From a virus (lineage: Duplodnaviria > Caudoviricetes), in IMG/VR virus record IMGVR_UViG_3300046779_001841, positions 128,001 through 192,000 of that record: a DNA stretch of 64,000 nt. One strand, given 5' to 3'. A program made the position numbers and the translations under genes. Positions 9,903 through 19,985 of this stretch are shown in pieces. Each line of letters opens with the position of its first letter. Position 1 is the first letter of the stretch. The notes under the pieces are model-generated. The model did not search any database. It was not told where the DNA came from and saw nothing but the letters and a program-made list of their open reading frames with translations.

Positions 9903-10397
9903 TTATTTCCCCATCTGGAATTTTCCACCAACTTTTAAAGTTTTAGCTGGAATACTCCATTCGTCTTGTTGTAGTGTTTGTTTTGGTTGTTCTTTGATTT
10001 CTTGAACATTACCTACATAATATAGGTTTTGAACAGGTGTGTTGATCTCATCATCTTGAGAAGTGATGATTTTAGGTGTTTGTTGTTTAGGTTCTGCAAT
10101 CTCATAATGTTTAGGTTGTTTAGTAAAATCTAAACTCGCAGGTGTCCATATATCAATCGTTGGATTGATATGATATTCTTCAAAATCACTGATGCCTTGA
10201 TATTGAGATGCTTCGGATTGTTTAATTGTAGGTGTATGAAAAAATCTATCATATTGAGTGAGTATTCTTTCATCCCAGTTAGAAAAAGCCCAACTTGCTC
10301 TTGCACATTTTCTATTTTTACAGACTTTACAAAAAGTATCTGTAAAGTCTTTTTCTGATAGACCTTGATCATTACACTCAAATAACAAATCTTTCAT
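9903..10397 (-). CDS. Hypothetical Cys-containing protein (C...FC..C.N..C)
   Basis: 164 aa, translationally coupled within the polymerase operon. Confidence 0.7.
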   Translation of the reverse strand: MKDLLFECNDQGLSEKDFTDTFCKVCKNRKCARASWAFSNWDERILTQYDRFFHTPTIKQSEASQYQGISDFEEYHINPTIDIWTPASLDFTKQPKHYEIAEPKQQTPKIITSQDDEINTPVQNLYYVGNVQEIKEQPKQTLQQDEWSIPAKTLKVGGKFQMGK

Positions 10398-10398
10398 T

Positions 10399-10620
10399 TT
10401 AATCTCTTTCTAAAGGTTCGATATATCTATTGCCATGTGTCAACCAATTTGATTGTGCTATTATCGTATCACTTTTACATACAGAAAAAGATACAAATCT
10501 TCTAAAATTTGCAATATAGATTTCTATACCATTTCCTGTTGGCGATCTGGATGATACTAAATAACAAATCACTCTATTCGTGGTTGTACAGCTACCAATA
10601 TTTTCAAACCAACAAATCAT
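10399..10620 (-). CDS. 73-aa MICWFEN paralog B
   Basis: TAA-A-ATG coupling on both sides; gap-free paralog of 10622..10843. Confidence 0.75.
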   Translation of the reverse strand: MICWFENIGSCTTTNRVICYLVSSRSPTGNGIEIYIANFRRFVSFSVCKSDTIIAQSNWLTHGNRYIEPLERD

Positions 10621-10621
10621 T

Positions 10622-10843
10622 TTATTTACTTACCTTAGGTGCTAGGTAGACATTATTATGTGTACGAAAATCTGTAGTGGATATAATATCTCTATTTCTA
10701 GCTATATAGAGAGATAGTGATCTTCTAAAATTAAAAGGGTGAGTAAAGACACCTCTTTTTCTACTCGATACACTAGATAATAAGAATACATAAGTATCTA
10801 TATTAGATGTGTCATTACCACTATTTTCAAACCAACAGATCAT
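10622..10843 (-). CDS. 73-aa MICWFEN paralog A
   Basis: Same length and scaffold as 10399..10620 (26/73 identical by hand). Confidence 0.75.
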   Translation of the reverse strand: MICWFENSGNDTSNIDTYVFLLSSVSSRKRGVFTHPFNFRRSLSLYIARNRDIISTTDFRTHNNVYLAPKVSK

Positions 10844-10848
10844 TTTAT

Positions 10849-13434
10849 TTATTCCTTTAAGAGAACAGACACATCTCTGCCTTGATAGATAATCTTTAAA
10901 TGTTTATCTTTGTTCAGACTTAACCATTCAGTCAATTTATCTGCTTCACTATATGATAATTCATTTAATTCATATACCAAGTATTCTATCTTTTCTTCTT
11001 GAACTTCTGAAGGTTCGATTACATTTTTTGGTTGATCTTTATGTTCTTCTTTAAATGTAGAAACTAAAAATTCATCATCACCTATTCCTTCTCTCAATTC
11101 TTTCAAATCATAAGGCACAGACCAATCTTTCCCAATTTCAACATCGACTGTTAAAGGCACAATCCAATTCATATTTTGTAATGCTTTGTTTCTTACCATG
11201 ATATTGCATAACATAGGAATGGCTTCACCTATAATATCTTTATGGATTTCAAAAACAATTTCATCATGCACTGTTAAGATCATCATCAATTTATCAAACC
11301 AATTTCTTTTCTTAACATTTTCATAAATCAAAGACATGGCAATTTTAGTAATATCCGCACTCGTGCCTTGCACTGGTGAATTTACTGCCTTTCTTTCATC
11401 TTTAGATCTCAAACTAAATTCTTTAGATTTAATATCTGGCATTAACATTCTTCTACCAAATGCAGTTAAAACATATCCATTTTCTTTGGCAAAATCGACT
11501 TCTTTTTTCCACCATTTAGTCAATCCTTTATATGTCTTTGTGAATGTTTGGTATTTCTCATCACCTTCTTCTTGAGTGCAATTAATTGTTCTCACTACTG
11601 CTTTACCAGTACCACCATAACACAATGCAAAATTTACACCTTTCGCATTTCCTCTTAATGCTTTCCAATCTGGTCTTTTCTTTGCTTCTTCACCATAAAA
11701 AGCAACTGCAGTCAATGTATGTAGATCTCCTATTTTATCTGAACCACAAATACAAATTGAAGGTGGTACAATAGGAAAGCCATCATCACCGCGTTCTTTA
11801 GTGTATTTTCTATTGCATGATGAACATCTAAAAAACTCTTCTATCCATAATGGTTCTTTGCTAATATTTGTAACAATTCTCAATTCAACACCAGCATAAT
11901 CTATTGCCACTAGATAATGATCTGGATTTCTTACTGCAATACATTCTCTTAATTTTGATGTGATCATTGGTCTTTTTGGATCATAACCTGATGGTATCCC
12001 TTGAAAAGGAACACGACATCCACCATCTTTAACTTCCCATGGTTTACTTGTTGTCCCACAAGAAAAACGACCAGTATCTGCACCAAATTGATTAAATTTT
12101 GGTTTTAAAGTACCATCATCTGCAATATCTTCTTTCATAGGTATAAGATATTGTGTAAGTGCTTTTGCCAATTCTCTAAGTCTTTTGATCTTTCTTACAA
12201 ATGGAAAAGTGTCTTCATTTTCTTCAATTACTTCATCTAAAACATCAGCACCTGTTGCGACTTGACCACCTCCAGTTGTTTTAAGATTGGGTACTTCTAA
12301 TTCTCTAAACATCATACCTAATTGAGATGGTGAAAGAATATCATACTTATATTCAAATACTACTTCTTCTTGTTGTTTTGGATTTGTTAAACTTGCAACC
12401 ATTTTACGAGCAACAAATGTTGAATCTGGCATATCTAAATGTGGATACATACGATCTGCTTCTTTTCTTGCTTCATCTATGCAATCTTTAAAACTTTCTG
12501 TATCATCTACATTGAACTTATTGACACCTTTCAATTCGCCTTTCATAATTTTAATATATGCAGGCATGACATCTCTACCTAAAAGTTCATTTGCACCTTC
12601 ATAAACATCAATTAAACTTTCCATCCATTCTTTTTGACCAATCTTGATAAAATCTAGTGTTTTCTTTTGATCGATATACACACGATTTCTGTGCATCCAG
12701 CGAACAGATGTATTACATTTCTTTTCTATCATATAAAGACTATACATCTCTTTTGGAAATTCATTTTTTAAAATATTATAAAGTTTAAGAGTGCAAAGAG
12801 CATCTGAACCTGCATACCAAATACTTGGTTGCCAACTTGGATCAAGTGTTGAATAGTCTTTGATTTTAGCTTTAGGAATTAAATCTTCTAATTCGATCAT
12901 TTCCATATCTAATTTTTTCTTAGACATATCTTTTAAACCACGACCACCTTTATCACGACTATTCATTAAACAAGCCATGATATAGTTATCTTCCCAAAGT
13001 TTAGGATTTTCAAATCGTTCTTTACCTAAAAGTGTTTCTCCATTATATTCTAAAAACTCTTGATCGAAAGCACCATTATGAAAAACAGGTATCGCAGTAG
13101 CATTTACATTTAATAAACGACTAAATTCTCTATCTATAATTGACCATGAAACATTATGTTCTGTTCCTGCACTATGTCTGATCGGAAAATAATATGCTTT
13201 CTTTTCATTCGGTGCGATTGAAATACCTACAATAGATGCTCTTGTTCTACCATGAAACACACGATTATCTAAACCTGTTGTTTCTAAGTCTATTCCATAA
13301 TGACTAGATGCTAAACATTCATCTATTGCTTGTTTAATATTATCTTTTGTGCCTAAAAGAAGATCTACTTCTTTCATCCATTTTTTAGGTTTTACATCTG
13401 GTCTTTGTAGTGATTCAAAAAAATCTGCAAACAT
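10849..13434 (-). CDS. polA: Family A DNA polymerase (3'-5' exonuclease + polymerase, no 5' nuclease)
   Basis: ExoI GIDLETTGLD, ExoII HNGAFD, ExoIII YAGSDA; motif A AIDYAGVELRI, motif B RGNAKGVNFALCYG (Phe762-equivalent), motif C TVHDEIV. Confidence 0.95.
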   Translation of the reverse strand: MFADFFESLQRPDVKPKKWMKEVDLLLGTKDNIKQAIDECLASSHYGIDLETTGLDNRVFHGRTRASIVGISIAPNEKKAYYFPIRHSAGTEHNVSWSIIDREFSRLLNVNATAIPVFHNGAFDQEFLEYNGETLLGKERFENPKLWEDNYIMACLMNSRDKGGRGLKDMSKKKLDMEMIELEDLIPKAKIKDYSTLDPSWQPSIWYAGSDALCTLKLYNILKNEFPKEMYSLYMIEKKCNTSVRWMHRNRVYIDQKKTLDFIKIGQKEWMESLIDVYEGANELLGRDVMPAYIKIMKGELKGVNKFNVDDTESFKDCIDEARKEADRMYPHLDMPDSTFVARKMVASLTNPKQQEEVVFEYKYDILSPSQLGMMFRELEVPNLKTTGGGQVATGADVLDEVIEENEDTFPFVRKIKRLRELAKALTQYLIPMKEDIADDGTLKPKFNQFGADTGRFSCGTTSKPWEVKDGGCRVPFQGIPSGYDPKRPMITSKLRECIAVRNPDHYLVAIDYAGVELRIVTNISKEPLWIEEFFRCSSCNRKYTKERGDDGFPIVPPSICICGSDKIGDLHTLTAVAFYGEEAKKRPDWKALRGNAKGVNFALCYGGTGKAVVRTINCTQEEGDEKYQTFTKTYKGLTKWWKKEVDFAKENGYVLTAFGRRMLMPDIKSKEFSLRSKDERKAVNSPVQGTSADITKIAMSLIYENVKKRNWFDKLMMILTVHDEIVFEIHKDIIGEAIPMLCNIMVRNKALQNMNWIVPLTVDVEIGKDWSVPYDLKELREGIGDDEFLVSTFKEEHKDQPKNVIEPSEVQEEKIEYLVYELNELSYSEADKLTEWLSLNKDKHLKIIYQGRDVSVLLKE

Positions 13435-13478
13435 GATTGTCCTTTTAATAAAAAGAGTTCAATCATCTTATAGTATTT

Positions 13479-14213
13479 TTAATTCTCTTCATCAATATAT
13501 CTATGTGCTTTAATTTTATACTGGCAACTCATCTCAATACCTACATTTAAACGATTGACTTCAAAACTCATCACAATCTTTTCTAATTCTGTTATATCTA
13601 ATTTTTGATCGTCAATCACAATTACACCAATACCAGGAATCTGACCAATATTTTCTTTAGCTAAATTGATGTTTTCTTGAAATACACGATCAATAAAATC
13701 TTCTATATCTTCTTCTTCAAAAAAACCATCTTCACTATTATCCCAACTCTCATCATCATCATCATCATCAGTACCTTTGATTTGACTTTGAAGTTCTTTC
13801 ATCAAACCATCTTTACCTGTATCTGTAGATAAATCACTTTTGATTGCATTTAAAAGATCAGCTTGATTGCCATAATTCTTTACTGCTTTAAGTAACTTTT
13901 TTGCCATATCGCTATGCAAAATATTCCCTTGAAAGAACATTCTAAATCCTACAATCACATCATCAACTTTAATTTCTTTAGTGTTTGCAAAACTTGCTTT
14001 AGTCAAAATCGCTTCACCTTTAATTTTTTCTAATGGTGTTAAAGATTTAGTAGCATAGATTTTTAAATTCATAATCTCTTCTGCTAATGCAGAAATTAAA
14101 GCATCTGCGACTAACTTTTCTTTATCCATAGGTATTAAATTAAAGAGATTTCCAAATGCTAATTTCACAATAGATGTTGGACTTGCATATTTACTGATAT
14201 ATGAATATTTCAT
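13479..14213 (-). CDS. Hypothetical protein with acidic tract
   Basis: 244 aa, AAAGGA SD, poly-Asp stretch, TKASF motif. Confidence 0.7.
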   Translation of the reverse strand: MKYSYISKYASPTSIVKLAFGNLFNLIPMDKEKLVADALISALAEEIMNLKIYATKSLTPLEKIKGEAILTKASFANTKEIKVDDVIVGFRMFFQGNILHSDMAKKLLKAVKNYGNQADLLNAIKSDLSTDTGKDGLMKELQSQIKGTDDDDDDESWDNSEDGFFEEEDIEDFIDRVFQENINLAKENIGQIPGIGVIVIDDQKLDITELEKIVMSFEVNRLNVGIEMSCQYKIKAHRYIDEEN

Positions 14214-14276
14214 TTTTCATCCTTTGTTTATCTTTCCAATATACAAAGGACATCTCAATTAAATAACTATTAAACT

Positions 14277-17200
14277 CTATCCATTTGAACGAACATTAAA
14301 TGTAAATTGAATATAGAGTAATGGGAACACTGGCTTGTAGAAAGCATTTACTTGTAATCCTGTTGCATCTTCTGGATCTTGTACAACTTCTAAACCTGTA
14401 TATGATTCAATGATACCACCAAGAACAAGTCTTTGGAACTCATTATTTACTGCAAGTAAAACTTGTGATTGAATTACTGGTAAATTCTTTACACCAATAA
14501 AGCCATCTAAAACATTTCTCATATTTCTTTGGACTTGATCAGCAATTTGAATAATGGTTGGTGTCTTTGTCAATACAGATGACATATTGGTTGTTAAACC
14601 ATGTCTAATCTTAATTGTTGTCCCTGCATTTTCAAGAATTGAAACACCTTTAACTGCAGTAGAGTTCGCTTCAACAGGTGTTAGATTTCTCAATACACCA
14701 TTAAAACCATTTACTTGTCTTGATTCCCAGGGTGTTGCAACATCTATATTAATAGATGTTGTTGTACCAGCTACTGCACAAGCTAAATAACGACCATCTA
14801 CAATATAGGTAACAGGAGTACCTGTAGCATTTGTCAATGTCAAACTTGCAATATCTGGATATACAACACGAACACGACTAGAACCTGTTAGGTTTGCCAA
14901 ACGACCAGCTTCTTTAGGAATTGTACCACTGGCAAAACCTAAAATTGCAGTTCTTTCTGATCTAAATCTTAATGAACTTTGTAAATCGCAATGCTTACTA
15001 ATATGACTTAATAAACTTTCACTTGCTGGTATCAATGGCAAAATTACACTTGGTGTTAAGACTGCAGTTATACCACCTTCGATTGAATCAATCGCTTCAA
15101 TCATTTGTGTTTCTGTAATTTCTGCAGTGTTTGGCAATCTCTTGATTTGCTTACAAGCAATAGTACCTGCACCATTCAAAATTGCCAAGTATGCACCTAA
15201 TGATAATGGATTAGATGTTGATACATCACCATATTCAGATACTACATCTGCAATGCTATTAAATACCTTTGTTGTGTAATCTACTTTCTCTTGTGTATAA
15301 GAGATATAGTAAACTTGACCAATATCTGGTTCATTTCCACCTTTATCAAATGTTTCAAGATTTGCAGTATCACCAACAGAAACACCAGTTGTATTTGATA
15401 CGATAACAGAAACACCATTAACAAAGTTCTTAGGTATATTCGCATTACAAGTGATATTTTGACTTACATTCCACTTAAAGAAAGCATTAGCATCTTGTGG
15501 ATAATCAACACCACCTTCTCTAGCAAGAATAGTAAATGTTAAACCAGTAACACTATCTACATAAGTTTGACCAATGAAACCATCTTGACCATCACCACTA
15601 TTGAAAATAGATGTATTTGCAGAACCACTACCATTTGATACAGATGATTTAACATAGAAACCTTGTTTAGCATCTTCACCAACTGCACCATCAGTAGTAG
15701 TAATCTTTAAGCCAGTGCCTTTAGTAGTAATTGCATTTCCACCTGTGAAATCAACAATAGATCCAACACCAGTGCTTAAACTTTCAATCGCTAAGTATTG
15801 TTTATTGGTTGCACTTGTATGTACAAAAGCAACTGCTTTAGATTTAAAGTAATCATTTGCAACATCTTCACCAAACAATAAATCAGTCAAAGTATCTGAT
15901 TGGTGGCTCATTAATGCACTAACAATTTGACTAGCAGTAACACTTGTAGATGTAGATGTTTGGTTTGCAATTAAACCTAAAGTATCATTTGCACTACCAT
16001 TTAAAACTTTAAGATAACTATTGATAGCAGAACCACCACCTACAATACGAATACCTGCACCTTCTTGAGTAGCTTCTACAATACTATCTACACCAGCATC
16101 TGCAAAAGCATTATTGATTTGATCTACAATAGAATTAGAAATTAAGACTAAACCATCAAGAATACTTTCACCTACACAAGTTAAGATACCTGTTGCACTT
16201 GATGTAAATTCTACATTGACAATAGTCCCATTCACATCTAGCAATAAAATATTATTTGCAGGATATGAATTGTTGTTGCCATTATAGAATTTTACTGCTG
16301 GTTGACTATCATCAGTCTTTTGTTCAGACCAACCTACGATAGATTTAAGAGTAGGTTGTTGAACAACTGCACTCTTGATAGCAGGTGAGTAGCTAGACTT
16401 TAATCCTGCTTTAGTCAATAAACTACCAGCTACTATACGAACACCTAATTCACCACTTGGCAAGAAATAAGAATTTCCCATGAAGAAACGATTTCTTAAA
16501 ATCAATCTTTCTTTAACTGCACTACCACCTAAAGATGTTGATGATACTTGAGCAACAGGGAAAAATCCAAATTTGGTTTGTAATCCATCTACATCATCTG
16601 TATCAATACCTGCAATAATAGCAAAATCATCTTCTGGATCAGCTTGACTTACAAATTCAAGATAACCATAGGTATCTTCAACATCTACAAGTCTTTCAGC
16701 TTTACCAGAACCTGCACCTACACCAGTAGCAACAAATGTTGTACCTAACATATTATTTGGAGAACCAATATTTGTCCAAATAGTATCACCAATCACAGTA
16801 ATGGTATAAGTTTCACCTACAACAAAAGTACCAGCATCTTCTTCTACAAGTTCTGCAATAGCATGAACAACAGTACCATTACCAGCTAAAACACTACCAT
16901 CATCATCAGCAGTGAATGTAGTACCAATAGTATTATTTGCACTACCTACCAAAGTAAAATCTGTATTGCCAGCATCTGTATCTAAAATAACATATACTTC
17001 ACCTGCAACAATATCTACTGCATCTACAATTTCAAATTTCTTACCTACTTGATCAAGACTAAATACTAGACGACCTGATGAATTTGCAGTAACAGAAACT
17101 ACAACACCTTGTGTTACACCATTTACTTCGTATTGAAGAAGATTATCTACTAAAACCTCATTGATCTTAGTTTCAAGTTCTGTTGCCAATGCACTCGCAG

Positions 17201-19502
17201 TGGAATAAACTGCATCTGTTAAAGTAATAGATACTTCACCAATAGCAGTATGTACACTACCTATAAATTGGAATGATAATGTATCATGACTATTTGCAAT
17301 AATCTCTACACCACCATTTAAAGTAGTCATAGCTTGATATTGTGGTGCTACTGAATTACAAGCAATATTAATCGCATCTGCAATATCTTGTGCTGTGCAA
17401 TTCGCAACAGTGCCTATATTCACTACAATATCTTGATTATCTATCTTTAATTGAAGACTATCATTCCCTGCACTAATTGTTCCTAAATCTTGCAATCCAC
17501 TTTCTACTGTGTATGGCAATACATCACCTACGATATGTGCAAGAACACCAAAACGACCATCACCTGTTGGTGATGATAAACTTACACCACCTGTTACTGT
17601 TACTTCATCAATAGATAAATTGATTTGATCACTTGTATCTTTGATAGTGAAATAAGGACTTGATCCAGCACTAATAAAAGATGCACTTGTTGGATTGCTT
17701 GATGCAAATTTAACTGTTACTGTTTCATTAACAGGTGTGCCTGTAGTAATTCTAGCATCGGGCAATAATTCACTACCACTTGGGAATGATAAATCTACAC
17801 CATTTAAAGAAGAACCTTTAGTGCTTAATGTCACATCATGTAAAGCAACACCTTGTTTCAAAACTTGGTATTTACCTTGACCACTCGCACCCTCAGATAA
17901 ACATACAAATTGATATTGATTGTTTCCACCAATAGTAGAATCTGTCAAAGTGTTGTAATAGAAAGTAGCAAAAACTTCTTTACCTTCTTCAACTTCTTCA
18001 GCCAAAGTGATTGTTGAATCTACATGATTTACTCTTGCGACTACTGAATCAGTCTTTTCAATCGCATCAGTAAAATTATAACCAACTTTTACTTGAACTA
18101 AATCTGCTCTTGATGTTGGACTACCACTGCCTGTTCCATCAACAGGTTGATATGGCAATTTGAAAGTGCTTGGTAATGCTCTTGGTGGTACTACACTTGT
18201 ATCAATTACTCTTTCACATTGAACAAGATAAATCTTATCATCTTTGAGTGATGCAGTGATTTGAGCATCATTAAAAGCAGTAGCATTTAATGATGTTTCA
18301 CCAGCAGAAACTAATGCAGATGTTCCCCAAACAATTTTATCGTCTTTAAGAATCCAAGAGATGCCTTCGATAAAGTTAGATGAAGAACCACCACTACCAT
18401 CAGAAACTAAAGATACAGATTCAACACTAAGAACACCAGTGCTTGGAATGTAGTCAAATTGATCTCTAAAGCTATTGAAATAATAAGTGACTGTTAAAGT
18501 AGCATCTGTTGCAGGTGCTTCTGTTAAAGTGATAGAACCATTTGAACCATCAACACTCGCAGGTGTGATAGTAGCACCATTAAGTTTAACTACAATATCG
18601 GTAATATCTGTAGTAGTGATACCACCATTTGTACCATCCACGATAGGATAATGACTTGTAAAGAAAGTCTTATTTCTTGAAGTGGATTGATTTACAACAA
18701 GACCAAGTTTAGCATTAGCAGAACCATTACCAATAGTAATAGATCCACTCGCATTTAATTGAAGATTTTCTAAATTGAAATTATCGGTATATGTAGATGC
18801 TTCTAAAGTACCATAAGAACCAGAATTGATGATCGCAACAACACGATTTAGATCATCTTCTCTATTGCCTGTTGAAATAGTAGGTAGTGTAATAGAATAT
18901 TGAACACCATCTACAACAAAAACAAAAACATTGGATAGAGCATCAAAATCAAAGCTACCATTTGAACCAGTGATTTCTGCCATTGTTGTAGTGATTTGAG
19001 AAGAAAGACTTTCATCTTCAATTAAAGTATCTGTTCTCTTAAAATAATAAGAAACTAAGACGGTATCTGTAAGTGCGGGTGTGGCCGCCAATTCAACAAT
19101 ACCTTTAGCACCATCTACACTTAGAACAACAGTAACGATACCATTGACATAAGCAGTAACACTTGAACTATCAGTGGCAACAACACCACCACCAGTACCA
19201 TCTACCATAGGAAATTTTTGGACTTGAACTTTAGTAGCAGTTCCATTGAAATTTCCCAAAATAGGTGTACCATCTGGATTAAATCCTAGAACAGCACGAC
19301 CACTCATGTTTTCATTAACAATTCGTTGGTCAACAGATGAAGAAGAACCTCGTATCATTTGAACACCAACAGATTGGATAGTTTCTTTACCAGCACCTAG
19401 TAATAAAGGAATTTGTCCAGTAAAATTACTAGATGGTAAAGGTGAATCAAATACTGTTTGAGTATAAACACCTGGTGGTGCATAACCGCCTTGAATAGCC
19501 AT
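14277..19502 (-). CDS. Contractile tail sheath protein, very large (1741 aa)
   Basis: N-terminal YAPPGVYTQT. C-terminal sheath core ERTAILG...RVRVVYP...VAG...RQVNGF...GVSIL...IRHGLTT...IADQV...FIG.KN...FYKPVFPLLYIQFTFNV. Confidence 0.9.
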   Translation of the reverse strand: MAIQGGYAPPGVYTQTVFDSPLPSSNFTGQIPLLLGAGKETIQSVGVQMIRGSSSSVDQRIVNENMSGRAVLGFNPDGTPILGNFNGTATKVQVQKFPMVDGTGGGVVATDSSSVTAYVNGIVTVVLSVDGAKGIVELAATPALTDTVLVSYYFKRTDTLIEDESLSSQITTTMAEITGSNGSFDFDALSNVFVFVVDGVQYSITLPTISTGNREDDLNRVVAIINSGSYGTLEASTYTDNFNLENLQLNASGSITIGNGSANAKLGLVVNQSTSRNKTFFTSHYPIVDGTNGGITTTDITDIVVKLNGATITPASVDGSNGSITLTEAPATDATLTVTYYFNSFRDQFDYIPSTGVLSVESVSLVSDGSGGSSSNFIEGISWILKDDKIVWGTSALVSAGETSLNATAFNDAQITASLKDDKIYLVQCERVIDTSVVPPRALPSTFKLPYQPVDGTGSGSPTSRADLVQVKVGYNFTDAIEKTDSVVARVNHVDSTITLAEEVEEGKEVFATFYYNTLTDSTIGGNNQYQFVCLSEGASGQGKYQVLKQGVALHDVTLSTKGSSLNGVDLSFPSGSELLPDARITTGTPVNETVTVKFASSNPTSASFISAGSSPYFTIKDTSDQINLSIDEVTVTGGVSLSSPTGDGRFGVLAHIVGDVLPYTVESGLQDLGTISAGNDSLQLKIDNQDIVVNIGTVANCTAQDIADAINIACNSVAPQYQAMTTLNGGVEIIANSHDTLSFQFIGSVHTAIGEVSITLTDAVYSTASALATELETKINEVLVDNLLQYEVNGVTQGVVVSVTANSSGRLVFSLDQVGKKFEIVDAVDIVAGEVYVILDTDAGNTDFTLVGSANNTIGTTFTADDDGSVLAGNGTVVHAIAELVEEDAGTFVVGETYTITVIGDTIWTNIGSPNNMLGTTFVATGVGAGSGKAERLVDVEDTYGYLEFVSQADPEDDFAIIAGIDTDDVDGLQTKFGFFPVAQVSSTSLGGSAVKERLILRNRFFMGNSYFLPSGELGVRIVAGSLLTKAGLKSSYSPAIKSAVVQQPTLKSIVGWSEQKTDDSQPAVKFYNGNNNSYPANNILLLDVNGTIVNVEFTSSATGILTCVGESILDGLVLISNSIVDQINNAFADAGVDSIVEATQEGAGIRIVGGGSAINSYLKVLNGSANDTLGLIANQTSTSTSVTASQIVSALMSHQSDTLTDLLFGEDVANDYFKSKAVAFVHTSATNKQYLAIESLSTGVGSIVDFTGGNAITTKGTGLKITTTDGAVGEDAKQGFYVKSSVSNGSGSANTSIFNSGDGQDGFIGQTYVDSVTGLTFTILAREGGVDYPQDANAFFKWNVSQNITCNANIPKNFVNGVSVIVSNTTGVSVGDTANLETFDKGGNEPDIGQVYYISYTQEKVDYTTKVFNSIADVVSEYGDVSTSNPLSLGAYLAILNGAGTIACKQIKRLPNTAEITETQMIEAIDSIEGGITAVLTPSVILPLIPASESLLSHISKHCDLQSSLRFRSERTAILGFASGTIPKEAGRLANLTGSSRVRVVYPDIASLTLTNATGTPVTYIVDGRYLACAVAGTTTSINIDVATPWESRQVNGFNGVLRNLTPVEANSTAVKGVSILENAGTTIKIRHGLTTNMSSVLTKTPTIIQIADQVQRNMRNVLDGFIGVKNLPVIQSQVLLAVNNEFQRLVLGGIIESYTGLEVVQDPEDATGLQVNAFYKPVFPLLYIQFTFNVRSNG

Positions 19503-19514
19503 AATCTTTTGCTC

Positions 19515-19940
19515 CTATTTTTGTTGGAAATTACATCCAATTTCTTTTCTGACTTGGTTTTTTATATCTCTTTGAGTTTCATGGTAATTTTTGTCCATTA
19601 TATATTCATTGTCATATCCAACGATTATATCTAATGGATTGCCTTTTGTTTCTTCAAGTAGTTTCACTTTGTCTTTATATCTTAATTTTGCAATTTCCCA
19701 TTTTCTTATGGAATCTTGCATAAGTACTCTTTCAAAGTTTGTATCTAAATTTTCAATACCAGTCGATTGTGGTTTCACTTCTTCTACTTGAATATTATTA
19801 TATCCAACACTCTTTGCACCTTGTAAAATTGAAAAAGCATCTTTTCCACAAGATGTGCAAGATTGCGAATTAACATCGGTAGCTACTCTTTTACTAAAAG
19901 AAAGACCACAAGTCCTGCATTGGAATTTTAAAATAGGCAT
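19515..19940 (-). CDS. FmdB-like zinc-ribbon protein
   Basis: MPILKFQCRTCG...CTSCG matches the MP.Y.(Y/F).C..CG...CP.CG pattern. Confidence 0.75.
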   Translation of the reverse strand: MPILKFQCRTCGLSFSKRVATDVNSQSCTSCGKDAFSILQGAKSVGYNNIQVEEVKPQSTGIENLDTNFERVLMQDSIRKWEIAKLRYKDKVKLLEETKGNPLDIIVGYDNEYIMDKNYHETQRDIKNQVRKEIGCNFQQK

Positions 19941-19985
19941 TAAGATTACTCCTCTTTGTTTAATAAGATTGATAATATAAATAAA

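Noticed and set aside
10399-10843. DGR template/variable repeat pair
   Set aside because: Codon-by-codon differences include many non-adenine changes (c/t, g/t), and no reverse transcriptase is in the window.
11728-11832. Intein in the polymerase
   Set aside because: Only about 35 aa, with no C/S-start or HN-end splice motifs.
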